Source of the DNA: Takakia lepidozioides
Lineage: Eukaryota > Plantae > Bryophyta
Length of the DNA stretch: 64,000 nt
Direction: 5' to 3'
Assembly: GCA_030704615.1 (NCBI GenBank)
Contig: CM060734.1
Coordinates: 4,836,001-4,900,000, forward strand
The stretch's first letter is position 1, and the number at the start of each line of letters is the position of its first letter. Below, piece after piece: positions 1-11,374 of this stretch. The notes under the pieces are model-generated. The model was not told the DNA's origin and did no database searches. It worked only from the letters and a program-made list of their open reading frames with translations. Made by a program: the position numbers and the translations under genes.

Positions 1-2
1 AG

Positions 3-1520
3 GTGAAGCTCAGGGAAGGGCAGAGGACCTCAGATGCAGGGGTCTCTCCCTTCATTTGCTGGCCAACAACGGGCGATGTGGTGTGCTGGACATGTGGAGG
101 ACCCCATGTCAAGAAGGATTGCCCAGAGGGAGGCAAAGGGTCGGCACATGCACAGCCTGCACAGTTGCAGTGTGGGCATTGTGGCAAGCACGGGCATGGA
201 GAGGCCCAGTGTTATGGTTTGCATCCTGAGTTGCGCCCAGGCCAGTTCCAAGGGAACAATGGTGGCGGGGGGAGGTGGAGCAGCCCAGAGAGGACGAGGT
301 GGCCAGCCACGAGGTGCAGGCCAAGGGCAAGCTCAACATGGCCAAGGACGCGGAGGTCAGGGTGTTGACCAAGGCATGGCCAACCGGCTTCAGCAGCTAG
401 AGCAGAGGCTCGCTGCCATGGCTACAGCTCAGGTGGTACCGGCTCTAAGGCCGGATGGTCCACCTCCTGCTCCTGAGGGAGGAGATATGGGAGGCATGGG
501 ATTCATGTGTGGAGCAGCACTACCACTAGTGCAGGTGGAGTCTGCTGCAGCCGTGACTCGAGGAGCAGCACGAGTTCCTGAGCCACGAGGTGCAGAGGTG
601 GAGTTGGATCCACAGCGTGGGGAGGCAAGCCGTCAGGCTAGGCTTCCTCAGTCATTCACATTGGCGGAGACAGTGTCGACGCCATCCATGGCACCTAGTT
701 CTCGCCCGACTGTTACCGAGGCGGAGGTTACTATGCCATTGGGGAGAGCTACACGGGTAGCACCACTACCTAGTGTTGCCAAGGCTACGGCAGCTAGTGT
801 GCTGCTAGGAGCGGCCACATCTGTGTGCCAGGCTCCATTGTTCTCGGCTACCATGATTGCGACGCCGGGGGTAAGACCAGCTGAGGTGTTCAGGCTGGCA
901 GCTACACTCTGTGAGAGTGGGGAGGTTACTTCATCTTCTGCGGAGATAGTGGGAGGTGTAGTGCCGGAGGGATCCTCGGATTTGAGGGTCAAGACTGCCA
1001 CGGCGGCGCCATGGCAAGCTGCAGCTGCCAGGTTGATGGAGCTGCCAGCTAGGCCAGCCATTGAGCGCGCCATGGTGACACCTGGAGTTGTCATGTTAGA
1101 CAACCAGGATGGCATTTTCTGTTTGAGTGGACCGGCAGGCAAGAGGTACCGGCCACTGCGGGTCTTGTTGGACTCGGGAGCTCAGCCATTGATGCTGGGC
1201 AGAGCTGCTATTGCAGGCTTGGGCCTCACGGAGGCGGATATGGAGCCTTGTCCTTTCCAGATACAGACGTCTCTGGGAGGATCGGAGCAGGCTCGGGGCA
1301 TGACACGGCGTGAGTTGGCTATCAGACTACGGCCGGATCACCCTACAGATGGCTCAGTGATGCGAGCCAAGGCCATTGTGACAGACGGTCTCATACGATG
1401 TCCTGGTTGGTGGGGCCAGTGTTGTACCCCATGGGCTTCACCCTGGATTTTTGGGAGGAGTCAGCTTCCTATAGGCCTGCATGGCAGTCAGGGGAGGGCC
1501 GGCGTGTGCAGCTCCCTGTG
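3..1520 (+). pseudogene. Gag C-terminus (two zinc knuckles) and aspartic protease of A1, frameshifted
   Basis: ORFs 3..368, 34..1521, 1398..2138. CX2CX3HX4C and CX2CX4HX4C motifs; RVLLDSGAQPL protease active site near 1160-1190. Confidence 0.88.
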
Positions 1521-1875
1521 ACGTTCATAGGAGGAGTTGCGGTTGCCCAGCGAGGCAAGATGCCGACACTAGCAGCATTCACAGCGGCAGTGAGTTGGCC
1601 TAGAGAGTTGCTTGAGGGCAATGCTCATTCAGAGGATGTACCACCTCCGGGAGAGCAGGATGACATGTATGGTATGGCGGAGTTGCCTACCATGGTTGCT
1701 CAGACTCCATTGTGGGGCACGAGCAAGGATTTGCAGCGGGATGCTGATCGACGGGTGCAACAAGCCTGGGTGGAGGCTTTTGTACCGTCAGAGAGAGGAG
1801 GAGAGTGTGGGGATTGCACCAGGACCACCTCAATTGTCCATTGGACACCACACCTATTGTGTGGCAGTCTCCGGA

Positions 1876-2845
1876 TGAAGGCATTTGTCTTCTGGACTTG
1901 TTTGGCGGGATCAGCACCGGATTGGCTGCTGTGTTACAGGCAGGTGTACGAGTTCGGCGTTACCTGTATGTGGAGAGGGATGAGACTGCACGACGCGTTT
2001 CACTTCGCCATGTTGCTCAGTTGGTGCAGCGGTACCCTGAGTTGTTGTCGGTGTCTGCAATTCGTGGATATCAGCAGGCCTTGCCAGCAGACATTTCGTT
2101 GCTGGGGGGCAGGATTTGGAGCGGGTTGGCTCCATTGATCTGGTAGTGGCAGGTTGGCCCTGCAAGGGCATTCATCAGCCGGGCATGGCAATGGATTGCG
2201 AGACTCGAGGTCGGGTCTGTTTTGGGAGATGGTGCGGGTTTTGCGCCACTTGCAGCTTCATCAAGCTGTATCTCCAGCATACATCTTGGAGAATGTGCCA
2301 CTGATGGGCGATTCTCGGGCCAGGGTGATGGCCAGTGTGCATCAAGTCCGGTCGTGGCTTGGGTCAGCAGTGTTGCTAGATGCAGCTACAGTGGGGTCAC
2401 GGGCTCATCGTCCACGGCTATGGTGGACTAACATGATGCCACCCGCACTGCTCAAGCGTGCATTTGATGGGGTGCAGCGGCCAGCACATCTCACAGTGGA
2501 TAACATTCTGGACACAGGGAGGCAGTCTCAACGTGTGAGACACGATGACCGTTCGCCTTTGGCAGTGGTCAACAAGGTGGGTCAACCACGAGCAGCATTA
2601 CCTACACTGCTCAGCTTCCCAGGATCGCATGCTTTCCGGGATAGTGGACCTGGCCTCCTGTGGGATGCTCAGTTGCAGCAGTTAGTGGAGCCTAATGCTG
2701 ACGAGCGTGAGCGGGCAATGGGTTTTACCACTGGTACCACGGCGGTGTCGTCTCTTTCTGAGGCATCACGTCGTCAAGTGTTGGGGCAAGCAATGGATCT
2801 CAATTGCTTGACCTGGATTATCAGCTTGGCTCTAGCTGAGCAACG
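1876..2845 (+). pseudogene. DNMT3-like DNA (cytosine-5) methyltransferase domain inside the retrotransposon polyprotein (A1)
   Basis: Motifs in canonical order across ORFs 1805..2146, 2116..2304, 2154..2906: I LLDLFGGI, II YVERDE, III ADI, IV DLVVAGWPC, VI YILENV, VIII LDAATVGSRAHRPRLWWTN, IX ERERAMGF, X RRQVLGQAMD. Two 1-nt frameshifts near motif IV. Confidence 0.9.
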
Positions 2846-3109
2846 CAGAGTGCGGATACACTTCCCTCAATGGTCTCTCTGCCTACCGAGACGGTACAGG
2901 CAGTGAGTGGGGGCGAGCATATGAGGACCACGGGGTGCATGCATCCATGGCACACGTGGAGGTGCTCGAGGTTCAGAGGGAGTTGGCAGCCAAGGCAGGT
3001 TGGGGATTCTTCTCGAGTTGAGGAGGTCCTCAAGGATGAGATGATGGGGCAGGATGATGCCTTGTCATTGACTGAGCAGGTAGGGAGTACTGCTCAAGAG
3101 GTTGCAGCA

Positions 3110-3118
3110 TAGCAACCA
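3110..3118 (+). promoter_or_regulatory. Putative stop-codon readthrough signal UAG-CAA-CCA between the DNMT and RT regions
   Basis: TAGCAACCA matches the UAG-CAR-YYA consensus. Frame stays open for 53 codons into RT. Identical in copies A3 and A5. Confidence 0.75.
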
Positions 3119-6100
3119 CGGGACGCGTCCTCTACCTCTAAGCCCACTGGACTTAAGGTTGTAGTTACGGAGGACAATTGGGAGCCTGACATTGGACCCA
3201 TTGTCACCGGAGGAGAGAGACGACGTATACGGCGGTTCCTGAGGGCTTACAGGAATTGCTTTGCCTTCAGTTTGAAGGACTTGGGAGCACTGAAGGGTCA
3301 AGAGATCCGTATTGAGTTGGCCACTGACACGCCAATCTTTCGGAGACCCTATAGATACAGTGACATGGAGAGGTCTTTGATTCAGATGAGGACTCAAGAT
3401 CTCTGGGAGGCAGGTTTGGTGGAGCTCTCTGGTGGAGAGTATGCTTCAGCCACAGTGATGCCAGCCAAGAAGGATGTCTATGGCAATTGGACGGAGAGAC
3501 GTATGTGCGGTGATTACCGGCCTGTAAATCGTCAGACCAAGTCCGATAAGTATGCCATGCCAACACCAGAGGAGATCTTTGATGCCATCGGGCATGCTAA
3601 GGCCTTTAGCACTTTGGATTTACGATCCGGATATCACCAGTTGCCAATCAAGGAGGCGGACAAGCAGAAGACGGCATTCTGGGGGATCAATGAGCACGGC
3701 AAGGATTGCCTATATCAGTGGCGGTTCTTACCATTTGGGCTTAAGAATGCTCCTGCAGAGTTTCAGAGAGTCATGGATAGGATTCTAGCAGGGGTGGACT
3801 TTGCTCGGTGCTACATAGATGACATCATCATCTTTAGTGTTACGATGGAGGAGCATGAGAGACACCTTCAGGTGGTTATTGGAGCGCTTGAGAGCGCACG
3901 GATTGAAGTTGCATCCGGGGAAGTGCAAGTTTTTCCACAACCAGATTGAGTATCTGGGTCACATGATATATCCTGGAGGATTGGGGGTACAGCAGACTAA
4001 GGTAGAGGCCATTGCACAAATTCCACGCCCCACGGATGTGAGCCGAGTTCGAGCTTTCATGGGGTTGGCAAACTATTATAGACGGTTTGTCAAGGGATTT
4101 AGTACCATTGCAAAGGCTCTAACCAAGCTGACCAAGGTGGACCAGGAGTGGCAGTGGGAAAAGAGCAGGAACGAGCTTTTCAAGAGCTCAAGGCGAGGTT
4201 GACCTCGGCGCCTATCTTGAGACGACCTATCAGGGGGCGTCCCTTTCAGCTGCATACGGATTGGAGCATGCTGGGGCTTGGAGCGGTGCTCACACAGGTG
4301 GATGATGAGGGAAGAGAGTTCGTAGTGGCTTACGCTAGCCGCTCGAACAACGCTGCAGAGGCTAAGTACAGCTCATATGAGGGAGAGTGCTTAGCTGCAG
4401 TGTGGGCCGTGGCACACTTCAGGTGCTATCTATACGGCAATCTTTTCACCCTTGTCACGGATCACCAGCCACTCAAGTGGTTGATGGAGTCAGACAAGCT
4501 TACGGGAAGCTTGCACGGTGGGCACTTATACTCCAGGAGTATGACTTTCAGGTTGTGCATCGACCGGGTTTGGTCAATCGGGATGCGGGATGGATTGAGT
4601 CGCAATCCATGCATGAGCCAGCAGGATGACACTGGAGCTCGGTGGCATGGTGAGACGGACGAGGAGATGGTGCCGGGATGGCACGCATCTGCATTTTTGT
4701 GTATCTTGGCATCGGAGGTCAGATTGGACCTACAACAGGGATGACTGTAGACGGAGTGTCTGAGGACCCTGAGGCTAGTGATGAGCTAGGTGGTGCCAGA
4801 GATATACATGAGGATTCGGCTGTGTTGGACTACCTCCGCACGGGAGACACGGCAGCCATTGTGACTGCCAGGGAGAGGGATCGGATCCTGCAACGAGCCA
4901 AGAGGTTCAAGTGGGAGGGGATACACCTACTTCGAGTGTGGGAGGATGGTCGGGTGAGGATTGTGCCTCACCCCACACAGCGTGCACGGTTAGTGCGGCA
5001 TGCCCATGAGGAGTTGGGGCATTTTGGAGTGCGACGCACTCACAGTTTACTGCAGGGGCAGTATTGGTGGCGTGGTATGCATACAGAGGTGCAACAGTTT
5101 GTGGCTAGGTGCATGGTGTGTGACAGGGTGCGTGCTTCATTCAACGCCCCTACACCACAGTTGCATCCTTTACCTATCATGGGATTGGGCTACAGGTGGA
5201 GTTGACTTCGCAGGACCGTTGCCACTGACTATGCGCCACCACAGATATGTGTTGGTGATGGTGGAGCACTTCTCCAAGTGGATTGAGTTGGTTCCATTGC
5301 CTGACAAGGCTAGTGAGGGGGCTGCGTATGCATCTTGGATCGTGTGCTTAGCCGATTTGGTGCTCCAGCTGAGGTACTCACGGACCAAGGGAGAGAGTTC
5401 TTGGGGGAGTTTCAGGCTTTGTGTGATAAAGCCTTGATAGACCACCGCACCACTTCTCGGGATCATCCTGAGGCCGATGGCTTAGCAGAGAGAGTTGTTC
5501 AGACGGTGAAGAGGGGTTTGCGCAAGTATGGCTTGCAGAAGGGACACCTAGGAGATTGGGATCTTCAGGTTCCTTGGTTAGCCATGGGCTACAGGTTCAG
5601 CAAACAAGCATCACTTGCCTCCTTCTCACCATATTTCCTTCTCTTTGGCCGAGAGCCGGATTTGCCTGCAGCCATTCGTAGGGACACTGCTCAAGTCCTT
5701 AACCTTGACGATCCGGACGTGTGGGTACGTGCATGTGATCAGCGTGCAGAGTTGTTCAAGAAAGTCATGCCCATGGCTTTTGAGAACCTTGCCATTGCAC
5801 AGCACCGTGATACGTTGAGGTATGCCACTATACGTGGTGGAGGATATCGTCCTGGGGTTCGGAGGTTTAGCCCTGGTGACTATGTTTATTTGCAGCAGAC
5901 TGCTCCTACGACTCTGGATGTTACTGCAGGGCGTGTTATTCTGAGGGTTCGAGAGGTGTTGCCCTCAGGGGTCCTGATCTTGGAGGGTCGGGATGGCATG
6001 ACTTGGAAGGACCATGTGCGTAATTGTGCGCCATGTCACCTTCCCAATGTCGATGGCAGAGTTGACCCAAACTTGGCAGTGGTACCTGCAGGTTTGAGGT

Positions 6101-6244
6101 GCATGCTCTGTGGGTCTGCCAAAGGGGCAGCCACCATGCTGGTGTGTGATCGATGCTCAAGGGGTTGGCATATGGGATGCTTGACACCACCTCTTGAGAA
6201 GGTTTCCTGACGGAGATTGGTTGTGTCCACACTGCTTGGGATAG
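3113..6244 (+). pseudogene. RT-RNase H-integrase-PHD finger of A1, several frameshifts
   Basis: ORFs 3272..3949, 3819..4202, 4148..4744, 4678..5205, 5000..5437, 5335..6210. PHD CMLCG..VCDRC..WHMGC at about 6100-6240. Confidence 0.92.
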
Positions 6245-6504
6245 TGGCAGTGGACATGACTGGAGGCAGCTAACAAGACATGGGAGGCCAAGCTCATAGG
6301 AGTCAATACATGAGATCCCAAGCTCAAGTTCACAGGTTGCAAGACGGCGACTAACGATGGGGCAACTCTTGCACCCGGCCTCTTGATCTATCGAGTTTGA
6401 GTGTAGTAGGGATAGTGGTGGAGGACTTAGTGAGGCTATGGTCACTATCACATCTTGTGGCTACCTGGACTTAGAGGGACCTAAGCACCAGCTAGGGGGG
6501 CGAT

Positions 6505-7207
6505 TGTGTGGACTAGTGACTGCCATAGTGGGCAGCGTAGTGGCAGCCTAGTGACTGACTAGTTGTAGCCTAGTGGTTGGACTAGTGGCTGGACTAGTGG
6601 ACTAGTGGTATACTAGTGTGTGGTGTGCATGTGTTGTGTGGTTTTGGACAGCGATGTAGTTGTGTGTAGCGATATGTATGCGCACGACAGCTGTCAAGTT
6701 ATTTTACCACTAGTGTGAAACTAGCTAGGAAATAGCTAGCTTTTACATATTGACATTTGGGATTGGCCCAAGTGTCAATCCAGGGGTCAAGGCAGATTTA
6801 GGCCCTGGAGTGGTTATCTTCACGGCAAGCGTGGGAGGCTCATCTTTCTCGAGTTGAGCCTCACCGCGCCTAGCTATGGCGCCGTAGTGTGGATTCCCCA
6901 TGGCGTGGGGTGCACTTGGCTTGACTTGTATTTGAGTGATGAGGTTATATATGCATGAGTTTATGCTTCAGCTTTGTGAGCTCGCATGAGCTTGTGCTTG
7001 TATTCTTCTTCTTTATCATTGTGTGGACTAGTGACTGCCATAGTGGGCAGCGTAGTGGCAGCCTAGTGACTGACTAGTTGTAGCCTAGTGGTTGGACTAG
7101 TGGCTGGACTAGTGGTATACTAGTGGTATACTAGTGTGTGGTGTGCACATGTGTTGTGTGGTTTTGGACAGCGATGTAGTTGTGTAGCGATATGTATGCG
7201 CACGACA
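6505..7207 (+). repeat. 3' terminal B-A-B structure of A1 (B 6505-6689, GC, A 6692-7018, T, B 7020-7207)
   Basis: Direct repeat TGTGTGGACTAG...GCACGACA on both sides of TGTCAAG...TTATCA. B contains tandem GGACTAGT-type units. Confidence 0.9.
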
Positions 7208-10200
7208 GTGGCACCCGGTGCTTCGAAAGGAAAAGCGGGTGGAGCGGCTTATGGCGGACAGAAGGCGACCTTTGATGGAGTGTGTTTCAATTGCGGGGCC
7301 CGGGCACATGGCCAAGAAGTGCACGAAGCCCCGACAATTGAACATGACTCGTGCGACCACGGAGCTATCGGAAGATACCATCAGTCGCTTGGTGGAAGCG
7401 GTGGTCGCCAGGACTTGCAAGGTAGGCAAATTTTCTTGTGAGTTGTATCAGGAAACTGGCACCTTACGAAAAGGGAGTCAGTTATTGTTCGTGGATCGGA
7501 TAATATCCGGAACTAATGTGTCGTTGTTGGTGGACACAGGAGCGTCGCACTCCTTCATGACACCGGCAACGGCACAAAAGCTGGGACTCCTGACAAGTGA
7601 CGTTGGGGCCTGTATTGAGGTGCGTTCTGCCAAAGGAGAACCACAGTTGGCAACAAGGTTGGCGATTGATGTTCCTCTTCAACTGGGGAGTTGGGAGGGA
7701 CGTGAGAACTTCACCATCTGCGAGATCGATGGAGTGGATCTCATTTTGGGGATGACCTTTTTGAGCAAATCCGGAGCGGTCATAGATGGCCGCAAGAGAG
7801 TAGTCACGCTGCCATGTGGGAATGGTGGCCAGGTTTTACGAGTGTCTGAAACGCCCAAATCCGTGGGAGGGCGAAATAAACCTTCTATCAGCAAAGGAGT
7901 GGGCCGTGGAGGAGGCACACGAGCCCCAGTTTTTGCTTTACATTAGAGAAGTGAAAGGAGAAGGCGATGGGGAACCGAGCCCAGATTGGATCAAGGGGAT
8001 TTTGGAGAAATACCAGGATGTGATGCCGGAGGATTTACCAAGCGGCTTGCCACCGCGAAGAGGAGTTGACCACAAGATTGAGGTGATACCGGGATCGGAA
8101 CCGCCTGCCAAGGCCCCCTACCGGTTGAGCCACAGAGAGTTGGTCGAGCTGAAGACTCAGCTCAAGAATCTAATGTCAAAGAGGTACATCCGGCCGAGTA
8201 AGTCACCTTACGGAGCCCCGGTGCTATTTGCAGACAAGAAGGATGGGACGCTGCGGATGTGTGTCGATTACAGGGCTGAATAAGGTGACTATCAAAAACC
8301 GGTACCCTTTGCCGAGGATCGACGACCTCTTCGATCGGTTGGCAGGAGCGAAGTATTTCAGCCGGATCGGCTTGCGCTCCGGCTATCATCAAATTCGGGT
8401 GGCGGAAGGAGATGAGGAGAAGACCGCGTGCAGGACAAGGTATGGTTCATGAGTTCTTGGTGATGCCTTTGGGCTCACCAATGCACCAGCGACATTTAGC
8501 ACGCTGATGAACAGCCTTTTCCAGGAGTGGTTGGACTTTGTGATCGTGTACATCGACGACATCTTGGTGTACTCAAAAATAAAGGAGGAGCACCTGGAGC
8601 ACCTGGAGCACCTAAAAAGGGTGTTCCAAAAATTGCGAGAAGGGAAGCTGTATGCCAAAGCTTCAAAGTGCGAATTCGGGGTCACAAAAGTGGAGTTCTT
8701 GGGGCATGTGATTACACAGGATGGGATCAAAATGGATGACAGAAAGGTGATGGCGATCTTGGACTGGGAGCCTCCGACTTCGGTCCCGGGAGTGCGATCC
8801 TTCCTAGGACTCGCCTCCTATTACCGGAAGTATGTGAGAAATTTCGCCAAGACTGCGGGGCCGCTGTCAGACCTTCTGTGTAAATCTAAAGTCTGGGCAT
8901 GGAACACCTTTTGTGGCCAAGCTTTTGCTGAATTGAAGCAGCGGATGGCGGAAGCTCCAGTCTTGAAAATCCCGGAGTTCGATCGTCCATTTGAGATTCA
9001 TACAGATGCGTCGGACTTCACGATTGGGGGTGTACTTATGCAAGATGGACGTCCAGTGGCTTACGAAAGTAAGAAACTGAATGAAGTGGAGCGACGGTGG
9101 CTGACGCACGAAAAAGAGATGAAGGCGGTGGTGCATTGCCTTGAGCTCTGGCGCCACTATGTTGGTTCCAACCCAGTGAAGGTGTTCACGGTGAAGTATT
9201 TTGCCACGCAGCCCAAGTTGTCCCCAAAACAACTTAGGTGGCAAGATACTTTGGCAGTGTTTGACGTGGATATCCAGTACAAACCGGGACGGGTCAATGT
9301 GGTGGCCGATGCTTTAAGTATAAAACAGTAGCTCTTGTTGGTGTACAAGGGCGAGACGGCACTCCAAAGGAAGATCCGGAAGGCTTGCCGGACGGATGAG
9401 CTGGCGAAGTCCGTGATGCAGGACTTGAGGATGGGGGTTAAATCGCAGTTCCACTTGCAAAATGGACTGCTCCGGTACAAGCAAAAGCGTCTCTACGTGC
9501 CGAAGGGAGGGATCAGGGATAGTCTCTTGAGAGAATGCCATGATAGCCCGCTTGCGGGCCACGGTGGAGCCAAGCGCACTGCGGCACTCTTGAAGAAAGA
9601 ATATTGCTGGCCCAAACTGAGGGGGAGGCAGAGGAGTATGTCAAGACATGCACCACATGCCAACAAAACCGGAGAGGTACAAAAAGCAAGCGGGCTGTTA
9701 CAACCCTTGCCGATTCCAGAGGGGACTTGGGAAAGCGTCTCGATGGATTTCATGACTGCTATGCCGTTGTCAAAAGGATTCGATGCAATCATGGTGGTGG
9801 TGGATAGGTTCAGTAAAATGGGCCATTTCATCCCTACCAAGGAGACGGCAACGGTGCAGGAGACAGGGCGACTTTACTTCGCCCACGTCTTAAAGCATCA
9901 TGGAGTCCCGAAGGATATTGTCTCGGACCGCGATCCAAAGTTTACGAGTAAATTCTGGAGAGCACTTTGGAAGAAGATGGGGACGAGGCTGAAGATGAGC
10001 ACCGCCTTCCGACCTACGGACGGACGGCCAAACGGAAAGAGTGAATTCTGTAGTGAAGCAATTCTTGCGGAATTACGTGTCGGCAGACCAATCAGACTGG
10101 ATGGAACACTTAGACGCGGTAGAGTTCTGTTATAATAACACAGAACACTCCGCAACGGGAGTTTCCCCTTTCGTGTTGGTCTATGGAAAAGCACCTCTAG

Positions 10201-10574
10201 TGCCGACAAGTTGGGCCGCCCAGGACGTTGAGGAACCGGCAGTAGCGGCGGTACTGGAAAAACGCGAGCGTTTGTTGAAGCTCACAAAGTACAACATTGC
10301 CAAAGCTAGGAAACGGTATGAAAGGCAGGCGAATCGGAAGCGGAGGGAAGTGAAGTTTGAGGCAGGCACAGAGGTCTGGTTGAACATCAAGAATTTCCGA
10401 CTACCTCCGGAAGTGAGTCCAAAGTTCGTGCCTCCGTATGCGGGACCCTTTCGCATTCGGAAGGTTATGAATGAGGATGTGTATGAATTGGAGCTGCCGG
10501 CAAACAGCAAGGTGCACCCAGTATTCCAGGTCTCCCTTTTGAAGCCTTACTTCAAAGATGAAGCGCGTCCGAAT
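7208..10574 (+). mobile_element. Chromovirus copy C1, body (end of gag, PR, RT, RNase H, integrase), degenerate
   Basis: [49 protein letters not shown]. Colinear with C2 at 23552-26924. Breaks at 10574. Confidence 0.92.
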
Positions 10575-11119
10575 ACCTATCCACCAGCTAGGGGGGCGAT
10601 TGTGGCAGACTACTTTATTGTGTGGTGTGGTTTGGACAGCGATGTAGTTATGTAGCGATACGTATGCGCACGACAGCTGTCAAGTTAAATAAGCACAGTG
10701 TGAAAACAACTAGAATAAAGCTAGTTATTTGTATTTAACACTTGGATTTAGGTCAAGTGTTAAATCAGGTGTCAAGTTTAGTTTGACACCTGAACCGCCT
10801 TATCTTCACGAGAGCGGCAGTCGCGCAGCTCATCTCTCTCGAGTTGAGCGTGCGCAACCGAGCTCCTGCATTGTTTAGGACTGAGTGTGCTTATGATGGG
10901 AGTATAGGTTGTTGTGGGGTGGAGTCCCCATAGCTTGGGGTGCCCTTGGCTCGACTTCTGTTTTAACGAGTGATAGCGATGGATTTCATGTTGTTTCTGG
11001 TGTGAATAGTGTGTCTCTTAGCTTGTTCTATCATTGTGGCAGACTACTTTATTGTGCATATATGTGTGGTGTGGTTTGGACAACGATGTAGTTATGTAGC
11101 GATACGTATGCGCACGACA
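10575..11119 (+). repeat. Displaced 3' end of Family A copy A4: PPT plus B (10601-10675), GC, A (10678-11033), T, B (11035-11119)
   Basis: Near-identical to the A5 3' terminus (reverse complement of 49648-50200). Continues the A4 3'UTR that stops at 17314. Confidence 0.88.
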
Positions 11120-11374
11120 CCGAGAATGGCTAAGTCCCAGATCTGACTGGGCCTCTTAGGCCAACTGTGAATTTATATGGTCCCGTGAACAAAACCCGCT
11201 CACACTTGACGTGGCATAAGGTTAAGGTGGCTCTTTTGACGGATTATATGACGGCAGTTTTGACTGGCCATTACAACTAGTAGTTTGACCAAGTAATACG
11301 GAACTTAATACACCACTTTACCACCGTGTCTGCCATATGTATGTCAAAGGGAATGCCACGAGGGATGAGCAGTG

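Larger units (their letters stand above)
1..7207 (+). mobile_element. Family A Ty3/Gypsy retrotransposon, copy A1 (5' end outside window): Gag-PR-DNMT-RT-RH-INT-PHD with B-A-B 3' terminus, inserted into gag of chromovirus C1
   Basis: Zn knuckles CWTCGGPHVKKDC and CGHCGKHGHGEAQC, protease LLDSGA, RT CYIDDII, RNase H TDWS/YASR/TDHQPL, integrase HHCC plus DFAG/TDQG/LAER, PHD. PPT at 6494-6504. Ends ...CACGACA at 7207, then chromovirus gag sequence (matches 23552 onward). Confidence 0.93.

Noticed and set aside
280-6210. Individual frameshifts in A1 as programmed frameshifts
   Set aside because: Not shared with A3, A4 or A5, so they are decay or sequencing indels.
6692-7018. Reading B-A-B as a solo LTR inserted with a long target duplication
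   Set aside because: The same arrangement and the same GC and T spacers recur in three copies from different subfamilies, and A is also the 5' terminus of A5.
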